NCBI GenBank assembly: GCA_016933575.1
Contig: JAFGAR010000192.1
Coordinates: forward strand, 1 to 29,148
DNA length: 29,148 nt
Direction of reading: 5' to 3'
Source of the DNA: Candidatus Thorarchaeota archaeon
Lineage (GTDB): Archaea; Asgardarchaeota; Thorarchaeia; Thorarchaeales; Thorarchaeaceae
The notes under the pieces were generated by a model that did not search any database, was not told where the DNA came from, and saw nothing but the letters and a program-made list of their open reading frames with translations. The position numbers and the translations under genes are program-made. This document shows positions 8,942 to 18,723 of the stretch, piece after piece (the first letter of the stretch is position 1; each line of letters opens with the position of its first letter).

Positions 8942-10006
8942 CTAGCTCAGTACTTCCTTTACACGTTTTCGATGAGGTTCAAATACAACTAGATTTGCAA
9001 TCTCTTTCTTCAACTCATCTCTGTATGAGGACTCGAACTCTAGAGAGAGGCTACGTAGAGTCTGTCTAAATCGTATGTTCTCTTTGCTGACAACAAGAAG
9101 ACTTGTAGTGATATCTCCGGGTTCAACTAAAATTTTGACATCACCATGGTCAATCCGTTTAACAATCTGCCCACTTGCAAGCATCTCTTTCATCAGGGAT
9201 AGCACGCCAGACATAGCAGAGCCCATCAGCTCCGAATCCACACTACCCTTGTACTCCTGAAACCTGTGAGCAAATACTAAGACGCCATTATCATCCAGCA
9301 CCAAGTAATCTAAGACTCTTGCTTCACTAACAAAGAGAAGCCGAGGATTCCTATTTACAGTAAATGCAACCAACAACAATCCAATTGTGTAGGGAAGAGG
9401 CCAGCTATTTCCTATGAAGCTCGGAACACCAGGAATATTTCCGAGGATGACACCGAGAGGGAGTGCCATAATCCAGAGAAGAAATCCGACAAAGTAGAGC
9501 AAGACTCCTGACTTCTCAGATTTTTCTGTAGCTGGAATAACAACTCGTGCATAGAGGATGATTTCCATGATGAGGATAGCAGCTGCTATTGCTTCCACAA
9601 TTAACGGGACAAGTTGTGACCAATCACCTTTGACTATTTCACCAACCAATGCCCCGCCAGCAATGAAAGCAAGAAATAATGAACTTCTTGGAGGAACATC
9701 ATGACGACTATAGATGATAGCAAAGTACCAGAAGAGAAATCCACCCACAATGAAGAACGCAAGGAGGAGATTTGACATCCAGATGATATGGCTATTGATC
9801 ACAAGGGCCCAATCGCGAAATGGTTCAAAGGTCTGATCAAGTAGAAGATCTAGTGCCATCGCTGAGAAACAAGTAATAGCTAGTGTATAAAGCAAGGTGG
9901 GGAATGTTCGTGATTTCCAGTATGCCCTCACAATGACGATAAGGGTTAAGCAAGTTATGGCTGTCGAAATTAATAGTTGAGGCACTAGTTCTGGACTCTG
10001 CATCAT
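8942..10006 (-). CDS. Seven-TM membrane protein with C-terminal longin/profilin-fold-like cytoplasmic domain
   Basis: Seven hydrophobic helices in the first ~220 aa. The soluble tail YLVLDDNGVLVFAHRF...DSELMGSAMSGVLSLMKEM...IDHGDVKILVE...LLVV...FESSY resembles Asgard longin-like domains. Confidence 0.75.
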   Translation of the reverse strand: MMQSPELVPQLLISTAITCLTLIVIVRAYWKSRTFPTLLYTLAITCFSAMALDLLLDQTFEPFRDWALVINSHIIWMSNLLLAFFIVGGFLFWYFAIIYSRHDVPPRSSLFLAFIAGGALVGEIVKGDWSQLVPLIVEAIAAAILIMEIILYARVVIPATEKSEKSGVLLYFVGFLLWIMALPLGVILGNIPGVPSFIGNSWPLPYTIGLLLVAFTVNRNPRLLFVSEARVLDYLVLDDNGVLVFAHRFQEYKGSVDSELMGSAMSGVLSLMKEMLASGQIVKRIDHGDVKILVEPGDITTSLLVVSKENIRFRQTLRSLSLEFESSYRDELKKEIANLVVFEPHRKRVKEVLS

Positions 10007-10075
10007 CAGGACCTGGTATTATCCACTGTAACTCTGTCTAATAAGTAAAAATGGGATTGAGTCAAATCATCTATT

Positions 10076-10231
10076 TTACAAGAGAAACACTGCAAGGATT
10101 CCTGTGAGGAAGACTCCATCCCAGGTTCCTGCGCTACCAATGGAAGCGGCACCAGTTCGAAGAGATGAGAGTTTGTTAAGATTCAATAGGTCAGCTCCAA
10201 TCAAAGTACCAAGGGTTGAAAACAGCTGCAT
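10076..10231 (-). pseudogene. C-terminal remnant of a DUF1614-family membrane protein
   Basis: Not in the ORF track. The minus strand reads [51 protein letters not shown], matching the DUF1614 C-terminal signature [13 protein letters not shown]...SIGGAGTFDGIFLTG. The N-terminal part is missing or frameshifted. Confidence 0.75.
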
Positions 10232-10305
10232 AAGACTTGGACAAAGTTGGACATCTCGTAGATGACTATTCCTGATGAAAAGAAGCTAGTTAGAAATGAC
10301 TGGGT

Positions 10306-10506
10306 ATGGGTCTGTTGAAGAGACTTGGATACATTCTTCTTCTTTATGTGATTATTGACATTGCTTGGTCGGTCATGGTTCACATGGGACACCTACCTTC
10401 ACCAAGTGGGTTAGAAGGACCACTTAACATTCTGTATGTAGTCTTTGAGCTGATTAGTTTCATCTATTTCATCATTGTAATTTCACTTGGTCTTTATAGT
10501 CCATAG
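10306..10506 (+). CDS. Small two-TM membrane protein (hypothetical)
   Basis: 66-aa ORF with a basic N-terminus and two clear hydrophobic helices. Confidence 0.5.
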   Translation: MGLLKRLGYILLLYVIIDIAWSVMVHMGHLPSPSGLEGPLNILYVVFELISFIYFIIVISLGLYSP

Positions 10507-10639
10507 TTCAAGAAGACCTCTGTAAAGACAGAAACAACAGACTAAAGACAGATAGCAGTATAAACCGACCATAATCGTAGTGTGCATTAAGCACCAAAAA
10601 CCGAAATCCTTCAAGGTGATTCTAGTGATTAGACCGGAA

Positions 10640-11335
10640 ATGGAGATCAGATGTATTCGAGTTATTGGCAAATCACGAGTTCAGATGAATGAAAGAATAG
10701 CTAGGGAATCTAGATTGGAACTTGTTGTTAATGGAAAAATAACAAAGACATTCAATTACACTCCTGGCCTTGAGGAAGAACTTGTCCTTGGATATCTAAT
10801 TTCCTCAGCGACTATTACTGAACCAAATCAGATTAACGCAATGGAATTGACAAATAGTACGTGCACTCTATCTCTGGCTAATACCAAAGCAGAAGTGGAT
10901 TTGAGAAATGAACATGAGTCTATGATTGTGCATTTCACGGATCTGCAATTTATGCGTAAAATGCTTTTTGAGAATCAGCATCATCACAAGAGTACAAGGG
11001 GTTTTCATGGAGCAATCATATACCAACCTAACACTGGTAAGCATTTTCATTGTGAGGATATTGGAAGACATAATACTGTTGACAAAGTCATTGGATTGGT
11101 TTTCAGGAACGATTACTCTCTACTGGATTGCATAATAATGACTACTGGTCGACTGACATGCAGTATTGTTTCAAAATGTGTAAATGCTGGAGTTCCAGTC
11201 CTTGTATCGATGACTGTTGCTACAGATAAGGGAATTGCGATTGCCAAAAATTCTAATCTAACATTGATTGGATCATTGACTGACACAGAATGTTGGCTCT
11301 ACCATGAGGGAGATGTTAAAATAAATCTTAATTGA
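10640..11335 (+). CDS. fdhD: FdhD/NarQ-family formate dehydrogenase accessory protein (lacks the CGxCG loop)
   Basis: TPGLEEELVLGYL, TRGFHGA, EDIGRHNTVDKVIG and TTGRLT motifs. Start placed at ATG 10640. Confidence 0.85.
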   Translation: MEIRCIRVIGKSRVQMNERIARESRLELVVNGKITKTFNYTPGLEEELVLGYLISSATITEPNQINAMELTNSTCTLSLANTKAEVDLRNEHESMIVHFTDLQFMRKMLFENQHHHKSTRGFHGAIIYQPNTGKHFHCEDIGRHNTVDKVIGLVFRNDYSLLDCIIMTTGRLTCSIVSKCVNAGVPVLVSMTVATDKGIAIAKNSNLTLIGSLTDTECWLYHEGDVKINLN

Positions 11336-11400
11336 TGAAAAATACGAAAATTATAATGAAGGTTTATACGAATTCGATATAATTCAAACAAGTGAGCTAA

Positions 11401-11802
11401 TTGAGTGAGCAGGTAGGAAACAAGAATATTGATGCAGTATTTGGAGCTTCTACGATTTCGTTACTAGTTTTTGGAATAATTTTTATTCTTGGTCTTGGTG
11501 AATTCACAACAGTAGTCCTTTTCATATTCTGGCCCCTAGTGGGAACGCTCTGGGTTGTGACATTCATTATCTTTCTTTTTTCACGTGTGAATAAATCAAG
11601 AGAAGAGAATCTAGACCTAGATGAGATATTAGAAGAAGTCCAAGAAACTATCTATGAACCAACACCAGATACATCGTTTGTCATTCCATCTTTTTGCCCA
11701 TATTGTCGTGAACCAGTGATTCTTGAAGAAATAGATTGGATACGTTCGGACGAGTTCTTATGTCGATTCTGTGGGAAGACTATATCAGTGAAAATAAAGT
11801 AA
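11401..11802 (+). CDS. Two-TM membrane protein with C-terminal zinc ribbon
   Basis: Two hydrophobic helices, an acidic linker, then CPYC...CRFCG. Confidence 0.75.
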   Translation: MSEQVGNKNIDAVFGASTISLLVFGIIFILGLGEFTTVVLFIFWPLVGTLWVVTFIIFLFSRVNKSREENLDLDEILEEVQETIYEPTPDTSFVIPSFCPYCREPVILEEIDWIRSDEFLCRFCGKTISVKIK

Positions 11803-11856
11803 GAGAGATAATGTGCAGCACAATCCATATCTTGACTACCTAGAAAGGTTAGAAAA

Positions 11857-13212
11857 ATGAAAGCTTGGAGTATTCTAATTCTATTGATACTAATGTGCTC
11901 ATCTAGCTCCATTTTGACCAGTGCGATTCCAAGCCAAGGAATCAATGACTCAGATTATTTTGGTACATATGATAGTCATGTCCCAATCATTATCACAACC
12001 AATGAGGACTTCATAATTCAAGGTTGGAATGGAACTGGCACCTTGGAAGACCCATTCCGTATCAGAGAATTGAATATCACTTCAGATCTGGATTGTATCA
12101 GTGTTGCTAACACAACTGCTCATTTTACCATTGAGAGGTGCTTATTGACATCTGAAACGGACGACAAGTATCAGTTGTATCCGGAAAACACAGCTGTTGG
12201 TGTCAGTCTAAATAATGTGACCAATTGTCGAATTGAAGGTTGCTACATTATTTGGAAAAATACAGGCATCTCTGCGAATAATTGCTCTACCTGCGTTTTC
12301 GATCTAAATGTCATCATGGAAAATTGGAATAATGGTTTTTTACTGGTAGAAGCAGAATCAACCAACATCACTAACAACCTTGTATTAGATAATGGAGCAA
12401 ATGGTATCTACATTATCGAGTCACCTTTCTCTAATGTCTATCAAAATACATTTCAGGGAAATTTCCTGTATGGCCTAATAACAGTAACAAGCGGTTACAG
12501 CTCGATTAAAGATAATGAATTCTATGATAATGATTGCGGACTCGTTACTCTATATTCTGATTACATTGAAATTGTGAATAATGTTATTAAAGGTGGAACA
12601 GGAGGATTGTCACTTACTCAGGAGCAATATCCTCTGATAGTCAATAATTCTATAGAAAACATAGAAGGATACGCAATATCTCTGGAGATTGTCAATTCTG
12701 GCAGCTTCTTGAAGAACTTCATTGAGTACAATCAAGACGGTATTATCATTAGGAAAACTACAGAGAACAACTTTTCGGAAAACACTATCCATTTGAATGA
12801 TAGAGGCATTACCGCTTTTGAAGCAAGTTCCTGCATTTTCACAAATAATACATTCTCAAATATTGAATATTCCATTTGGCTTGACCAAGATTCTACGGAC
12901 AACGCATTCTATTGGAATGTTCTTAGCGGTGACTGGGATTACTTAGCGAAAGATGATGGTCTCAGAAATATGTGGGATGATAATGTGTCACTTGGGAATA
13001 AGTGGGGAAACTATCAGGGATTTGGGGTCTATATCATAAGTGGTTCAGCTGGAAGCGTTGATAGATACCCGCGAGGATTCAGAGATGTTTTTGTTCCAAA
13101 TATTATAATTCAAGCACTTTTCCTTACAGGAATTTCCACAATTGTCATCTTGGGAGTATACTATCTATTTTCGAAAAAATCAACATTTCGACAAGTAGTT
13201 GAACGATTCTAA
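11857..13212 (+). CDS. NosD-like right-handed parallel beta-helix cell-surface protein
   Basis: Signal peptide, Asn-rich ~22-aa repeats (e.g. NITNNLVLDNGANGIYI), many N-x-S/T sequons, C-terminal TM with basic tail. Confidence 0.85.
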   Translation: MKAWSILILLILMCSSSSILTSAIPSQGINDSDYFGTYDSHVPIIITTNEDFIIQGWNGTGTLEDPFRIRELNITSDLDCISVANTTAHFTIERCLLTSETDDKYQLYPENTAVGVSLNNVTNCRIEGCYIIWKNTGISANNCSTCVFDLNVIMENWNNGFLLVEAESTNITNNLVLDNGANGIYIIESPFSNVYQNTFQGNFLYGLITVTSGYSSIKDNEFYDNDCGLVTLYSDYIEIVNNVIKGGTGGLSLTQEQYPLIVNNSIENIEGYAISLEIVNSGSFLKNFIEYNQDGIIIRKTTENNFSENTIHLNDRGITAFEASSCIFTNNTFSNIEYSIWLDQDSTDNAFYWNVLSGDWDYLAKDDGLRNMWDDNVSLGNKWGNYQGFGVYIISGSAGSVDRYPRGFRDVFVPNIIIQALFLTGISTIVILGVYYLFSKKSTFRQVVERF

Positions 13213-13249
13213 CGAAACACAATAATGTCAGTTTGCATTTGATCAAGCA

Positions 13250-15289
13250 ATGACAAAATCTCCAGTCTACCTGAACGAAGATGCTGAAATCGAAGTCAGA
13301 GTTACAGATTTGGCTAATAGATTGACCTTGAAAGAAAAATTCAAACTACTGACTAGTCATGGGTATCATCGAATGTATACGACTCCACCAATAAGGCGAT
13401 TAAAGATACCATCATTCAAGACCACTGATGGACCATTGGGGGCAGCTATGCATTCCAGTGGGTTCAAGAAGAATACGAGATTTCCTGCCACTATTTCTCT
13501 TGCTGCAACCTGGAATAGACAACTAGCTCATGATGTTGGTGTGGCTATGGGAGAGGAGGTTCGTGCACTTGGAAGACATGTCCTTCTTGCGCCAGGGATA
13601 AATATTGACAGGACACCATTGAATGGGAGAACATTCGAATACTATAGTGAGGACCCATACCTTACAAAGGAACTTGCAATCCCCTTGGTCAAGGGCGTCC
13701 AGAGCCAACGTATCACAGCATGTCTCAAGCATTATGCAGCGAACAACCAAGAAACTGATAGAAGGAGCTCAAGTTCAGAAGTAGACGAACGTACTCTTCA
13801 TGAGATATATCTTCGAGCCTTCAGGGCAACAGTCAAGGAAGCGAATCCTTGGGCTGTCATGACTGCCTATAATATGATCAATGGAGTCTTTGGTTGCGAG
13901 CATAAATACCTCATTAGAGAGACCCTGATGAACAAATGGGATTTTGATGGCATTGTGATGACTGATTGGTTTGCATCACGTGGTAAGAATAAGACAACTG
14001 AAAATTGTATTCAGGCAGGTCTCACACTAGAGATGCCTTGGCCTAGCAAGTACAAGTACAGTTCTCTCCAGAGAGGGATTAGTGAGGGTAGATTCACAGA
14101 AGAACTGATAGATGATCTTGTGAGAAGAAATTTGCGAGTCATGATGAGGACAGGTCTCTTCGACAGTCCTGATAACCTTCCCAAAGGATCCAGAAATACG
14201 GAACAGCATCAATTGCTAGCACGAAGAGTAGCAGAGGAAGGGATGGTGCTCTTGAAAAATGAAAAGAATGCACTCCCTCTCAATATTTCGAATATTAAGC
14301 GGCTAAGTGAACATGGACCAAATCTAATGAAGAAATTTGGAGGATTTCTGAGCGGTGGTTCATCTGCGGTTAATCCACCATATGAAATTACTCCAGCTCA
14401 GGGAATCGCTTCAAAATGCAAAGGACGAGTTCGTATATTTCCATTCGATTCATTGGCTGATGTTGCGATTGTATTTGCAGGTCTTGATCATAGTAGAGGA
14501 AAAGACTCCGAATCAAGGGATCGAGAGACATTGCATCTCGATGAAAAACAGGTTGAGAAGATCAAGTGGGTCGCAAGTAATCATCTACGTACGATAGTAT
14601 GCCTTATCGCTGGAAGCCCGATAGCAATGGACGAGTGGATTGATGATGTTGAAGCTGTGCTGATGTGTTGGTATGGAGGTATGGAGGCAGGTCATGCGAT
14701 TGCCAATGTTCTCTTTGGAGATGTCAATCCTTCAGGTAAACTACCTATCACATTCCCGAAACGATTGGAGGACTCACCTGCTCATAGTTCAGGAGATCCT
14801 AGGAACTATCCAGGTGATGATGAGAAGCGAGTATATTATGACGAAGGAGTCTTTGTCGGATATCGCTGGTTTGACGAGAAGAATATCGAGCCACTCTTTC
14901 CCTTTGGTTTTGGTTTGTCTTACACGACTTTTCAGTTAAGTAACATTCAGATGGATAAATCAACCATCGCTAATATCAATGATTCATTGTCTATTAGCAT
15001 CGATGTTACTAATAATGGACTGATTTCAGGAGCCGAGGTCGTACAAGTATATGCACATGATATCCAGTCCTCAGTGAAACGGCCACCTCGCGAACTCGTA
15101 GGATTTGAGAAAATCTATCTCCAACCAAGCGAATCAAAAACAGTTTCTATCAAGATTAGAGGAGATGATCTCGCATTTTATGACAGTTCAACGCATGATT
15201 GGATACTCGAATCAGGCAGTATCAAGCTCCTCATTGGAAATTCCTCAAGAGCAATTTTATTCGAAGCGGAAATCATGGTTAATACATGA
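13250..15289 (+). CDS. Glycoside hydrolase family 3 beta-glucosidase
   Basis: DGPLG, GRTFEYYSEDP, KHYAANNQE, nucleophile MTDW, PSGKLPITFP, FPFGFGLSYT and an Fn3-like C-terminus. No signal peptide. Confidence 0.95.
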   Translation: MTKSPVYLNEDAEIEVRVTDLANRLTLKEKFKLLTSHGYHRMYTTPPIRRLKIPSFKTTDGPLGAAMHSSGFKKNTRFPATISLAATWNRQLAHDVGVAMGEEVRALGRHVLLAPGINIDRTPLNGRTFEYYSEDPYLTKELAIPLVKGVQSQRITACLKHYAANNQETDRRSSSSEVDERTLHEIYLRAFRATVKEANPWAVMTAYNMINGVFGCEHKYLIRETLMNKWDFDGIVMTDWFASRGKNKTTENCIQAGLTLEMPWPSKYKYSSLQRGISEGRFTEELIDDLVRRNLRVMMRTGLFDSPDNLPKGSRNTEQHQLLARRVAEEGMVLLKNEKNALPLNISNIKRLSEHGPNLMKKFGGFLSGGSSAVNPPYEITPAQGIASKCKGRVRIFPFDSLADVAIVFAGLDHSRGKDSESRDRETLHLDEKQVEKIKWVASNHLRTIVCLIAGSPIAMDEWIDDVEAVLMCWYGGMEAGHAIANVLFGDVNPSGKLPITFPKRLEDSPAHSSGDPRNYPGDDEKRVYYDEGVFVGYRWFDEKNIEPLFPFGFGLSYTTFQLSNIQMDKSTIANINDSLSISIDVTNNGLISGAEVVQVYAHDIQSSVKRPPRELVGFEKIYLQPSESKTVSIKIRGDDLAFYDSSTHDWILESGSIKLLIGNSSRAILFEAEIMVNT

Positions 15290-15345
15290 GATTGAGAAAA
15301 TTCAAATGGCTAAGTAATTAAAATCCCATCGAGGAGTAAGAATAT

Positions 15346-15828
15346 TTGACGGCAAAAATAAACGAGGGGCTCCATCATCAGTTTCAATCAAGCTGTACAA
15401 TGTTAAAGGATGCAATCAAGAATGTGCCTGATGAGAAATGGCACAAGGGCACTGAAAGCTGGTTCTTTTCGCTTACTGCATACCATATTGTAGAAACCAT
15501 GGATTTCTATACACGAGATAGTCCCAAAGGAATGAAGTGGGGTGCCAAGGCAGGATATGATTGGGATTCTACCAAGGATATTGAAACAGACATCTTACCA
15601 AAGATATCAAAAGATATTGTCACCGCATACATCAAAGAAATGGAGGAACGGTTGAAGACATTCTTTGAAACAAAGACACCGGACCAATTGAGTTCGGACG
15701 ATGACTTCGAGTGGTTCACATCAATCTTTGAAAGAATTCTATACCTTCTAAGGCATAATATGCATCATATTGGAGAGCTGTGCAAAACACTCAGAGACTG
15801 GAAATGTGAGAGGGCTAAGTGGACATGA
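15346..15828 (+). CDS. DinB/DUF664-superfamily protein
   Basis: Four-helix pattern with metal-binding His in AYHIVE and LRHNMHHIGEL. TTG start with GAGGAG RBS. Confidence 0.8.
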   Translation: MTAKINEGLHHQFQSSCTMLKDAIKNVPDEKWHKGTESWFFSLTAYHIVETMDFYTRDSPKGMKWGAKAGYDWDSTKDIETDILPKISKDIVTAYIKEMEERLKTFFETKTPDQLSSDDDFEWFTSIFERILYLLRHNMHHIGELCKTLRDWKCERAKWT

Positions 15829-15833
15829 TCTCT

Positions 15834-16814
15834 CTATAGATTCTTCTCGAGATGCACAAGATGACAATTCAACTTGAATCCTGCCTTCTGATACATCTTG
15901 ATAGCATTGTGATTGTTGGCTGGTGTACCTACTGCTGCATATTTGCATCCGTAATCTCGCATTGATTTGAAGAGCTCAGATGCAAGATAGAGACCTAATC
16001 CCAATCGTCTATACTCTGGAAATACTCCAACAGGCCCAAAGATACCCGTGAGAGGATTATGCTTGGACTCACGAATGAATCCGCCAATGAATCCAGCAGG
16101 TTCACCTTCCACAAGAGCGACCTTCCAGAACTCACTTGGAGATGGTCCAAATCCGCCCCCTAGTATAGATCTGAAGACTTCAACTGCTGTATCATAGTCA
16201 GATACTGATGTGTCAAAGCCATGTATCTCTCGATCCTCGGGGGTTGATGCGTATGCACGAACACAGAACTCACCAATATTTTCAGGGATGGTACCCTGAT
16301 GGGGATCTATCTTGATGTTTGATTGTGAAGGTGGGATGCTTTTGAATGAGTCCAGTTTGATGACGAGATCAACACTATCTGGTTGATAGCGATTAAATCC
16401 AACCTCTTGATACAATGTTGTGAGATGCTTAGCAACATCGGGATTATCTGAAGGATATTTTACAATGACTTTGACACGTTCCACCCCATTTTTTGAGAGG
16501 TTATCCAGACCATTTAGTAGAAGTTCTCGTTCAACCTCAAGACCATCAGTTCTACTCACTGATGCTGGTTCCCACCGTCTGAGAGCGCCTTCTTTTCCCG
16601 TATATCGCAAGCCTAGGACACCAACTGGGAAACCATCGGAATGTGCTTCGAGGAAAAATCTACCGGGTTTGCTGAATTCAGTCTCCATCTCTTCAAGTTC
16701 TTCATGTTTGTTCCAATCGAAGACTGGGTCTTCTTTATACCAGTAGTAATCCTTCATGCAATTTTTCCAGAGGGCCTTGTACTCGACCCAACTCTTGCTC
16801 TGGACTATTTTCAT
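15834..16814 (-). CDS. Tandem GNAT-family N-acetyltransferase
   Basis: C-terminal acetyl-CoA motif VGVFPEYRRLGLG and NHNAIKMYQKAGF. Degenerate N-terminal GNAT repeat ending LYQEVGF. Confidence 0.85.
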   Translation of the reverse strand: MKIVQSKSWVEYKALWKNCMKDYYWYKEDPVFDWNKHEELEEMETEFSKPGRFFLEAHSDGFPVGVLGLRYTGKEGALRRWEPASVSRTDGLEVERELLLNGLDNLSKNGVERVKVIVKYPSDNPDVAKHLTTLYQEVGFNRYQPDSVDLVIKLDSFKSIPPSQSNIKIDPHQGTIPENIGEFCVRAYASTPEDREIHGFDTSVSDYDTAVEVFRSILGGGFGPSPSEFWKVALVEGEPAGFIGGFIRESKHNPLTGIFGPVGVFPEYRRLGLGLYLASELFKSMRDYGCKYAAVGTPANNHNAIKMYQKAGFKLNCHLVHLEKNL

Positions 16815-16927
16815 GTTGTAAACTCCTTATCACACTGCATAATATATGGGAGTAAATCCACATAAGAATTCTCAAATTACTAGAGTTATCCTTATGTGAC
16901 AGTCTTGCACTAGTAGAGTGAAGTGAA

Positions 16928-17212
16928 ATGAGGATTAAGGCGGTTCTACGAGACATAGAGATTCTTAAGATGGAACCAGGATCGAAGGAAAGAATTCTGG
17001 CATCTGCCAAGAAAAATCTGGATAGAGTCATCAACTGGCCGAGTCTCTTGAAGGTTATGGGACTGACATTTGATGAAAGAATAAAGATGCTTCAAGAATT
17101 AAGGCACACTAAGTTACACATTTGGTTGGTCAAAGATGCTGACCAGCACCTTATCTTTCTGACCGAGAGCGAAAACGCTCAACCAGAAATCTCTGGTTAT
17201 GCATGGCAATAG
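16928..17212 (+). CDS. Hypothetical protein
   Basis: 94-aa ORF with protein-like composition that fills the gap upstream of cysS. Confidence 0.65.
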   Translation: MRIKAVLRDIEILKMEPGSKERILASAKKNLDRVINWPSLLKVMGLTFDERIKMLQELRHTKLHIWLVKDADQHLIFLTESENAQPEISGYAWQ

Positions 17213-17292
17213 TCTACAAATTCTCCAAATAGTGGCAATTATTGCAGACGCCTTTTTATAGAAAATATCCAAGGCACAACTGGGTAGTGACA

Positions 17293-18723
17293 ATGCTAAA
17301 AGTATACAACACTCTAACCCGGCAGAAGGAAGATTTCGTACCACTTAAGGAAAATGTTGTTCGAATCTATGTTTGTGGTCCGACTGTGTACGATTACCCC
17401 CACATAGGTAATGCGAGATCCTTCTCAGTTTTCGATACAATTCGTAGGTATCTAGAATACTTGGGTTATCGTGTTCAGTATATTGTGAACTTCACAGATA
17501 TTGATGACAAGATGATCAATCGTGCAAATGAGGAGGGTATATCTGTTGGAGACCTTGCAACAAAGTTCATCGCTGAATATAGACTAATAGCCAAACAACT
17601 CAATCTCAAACCTGCAACGATCAATCCCCGTGCAACAGAGCATATCGATGATATCATCGAGATGGTGGAATTAATTGTCAAGAATGGTAAAGGCTATGCG
17701 GTTGATGGTGATGTCTACTTTGATGTGAGTGAATGGGACAAGTATGGCGTTCTGTCCAAAATAAATCTGGATGACGACTCAACAATTGCACGTGTTGAAG
17801 CAGACGATAAAAAACAGGATCCTCGCGACTTTGCCCTGTGGAAGGGCGAGAAACCGGGTGAACCTTCATGGGATAGCCCTTGGGGAAAAGGTCGTCCCGG
17901 TTGGCATGCTGAATGTTCAGTTATGGGAAAACACTATCTAGGTCTCCCATTCGATATTCATGGTGGGGGTCAAGATCTCATCTTTCCACATCATGAGAAT
18001 GAGATTGCTCAATCATCTGCAGCATATGGAATTGACACTCCTGTCAAGTACTGGTTGCATAATGGATTCCTGACAATAAACAGTGAGAAGATGTCTAAAT
18101 CTGAGCAAAACTTCTCAACTGCGAGAGAGGTCCTAGATAACTATGACCACCAGGCAGTCAGACTCTATCTTGTTTCAGGACAATATGGTCAACCACTCGA
18201 TTACAATGATGGTGCTCTCAAGCAAGCAATCCAGACTCTTGAAAGAATCAGAAATGCAGTCGATACGATTAAGGGTAGAATTACTATTCTTGAACGAACT
18301 GGTAGCAGAGAATCAGATGCTGATAAGAGACTTGCAGAGGCGTCCAAGAAGGTACGCAATGGATTCGAAGCAGCAATGAATGATGATTTTAATACTCCTG
18401 GTGCACTAGCTGAGATCTTCACATTCATTCGAGAGATTAATACTCATACTAAGGATGTGGGCGGTGCAGCTGTACTAAGGGAATCTATTTCGGTACTCTC
18501 AGAGCTCATTGGAATTCTTGGAATCGATATTGAATCGCAGGATACCAATGAGGAATCAGCTTCTTCAGAGACCCTGAAAGGAATAGTTGAGTATCTCCTT
18601 GAATTACGAGAAGATGCCCGAAAGACGAAGAACTTTGCGCTCGCAGATCAGATTCGAGACCGTCTTGGACAATTAGGGATAGTCGTGTCAGATACAAAAG
18701 ATGGTCCTACTTGGAAGATATAG
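17293..18723 (+). CDS. cysS: Cysteine--tRNA ligase (class I)
   Basis: YVCGPTVYDYPHIGNAR, GRPGWHAECS, DIHGGGQDLIFPHHENEIAQ, KMSKS and a DALR-type anticodon domain. Start ATG 17293. Confidence 0.98.
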   Translation: MLKVYNTLTRQKEDFVPLKENVVRIYVCGPTVYDYPHIGNARSFSVFDTIRRYLEYLGYRVQYIVNFTDIDDKMINRANEEGISVGDLATKFIAEYRLIAKQLNLKPATINPRATEHIDDIIEMVELIVKNGKGYAVDGDVYFDVSEWDKYGVLSKINLDDDSTIARVEADDKKQDPRDFALWKGEKPGEPSWDSPWGKGRPGWHAECSVMGKHYLGLPFDIHGGGQDLIFPHHENEIAQSSAAYGIDTPVKYWLHNGFLTINSEKMSKSEQNFSTAREVLDNYDHQAVRLYLVSGQYGQPLDYNDGALKQAIQTLERIRNAVDTIKGRITILERTGSRESDADKRLAEASKKVRNGFEAAMNDDFNTPGALAEIFTFIREINTHTKDVGGAAVLRESISVLSELIGILGIDIESQDTNEESASSETLKGIVEYLLELREDARKTKNFALADQIRDRLGQLGIVVSDTKDGPTWKI

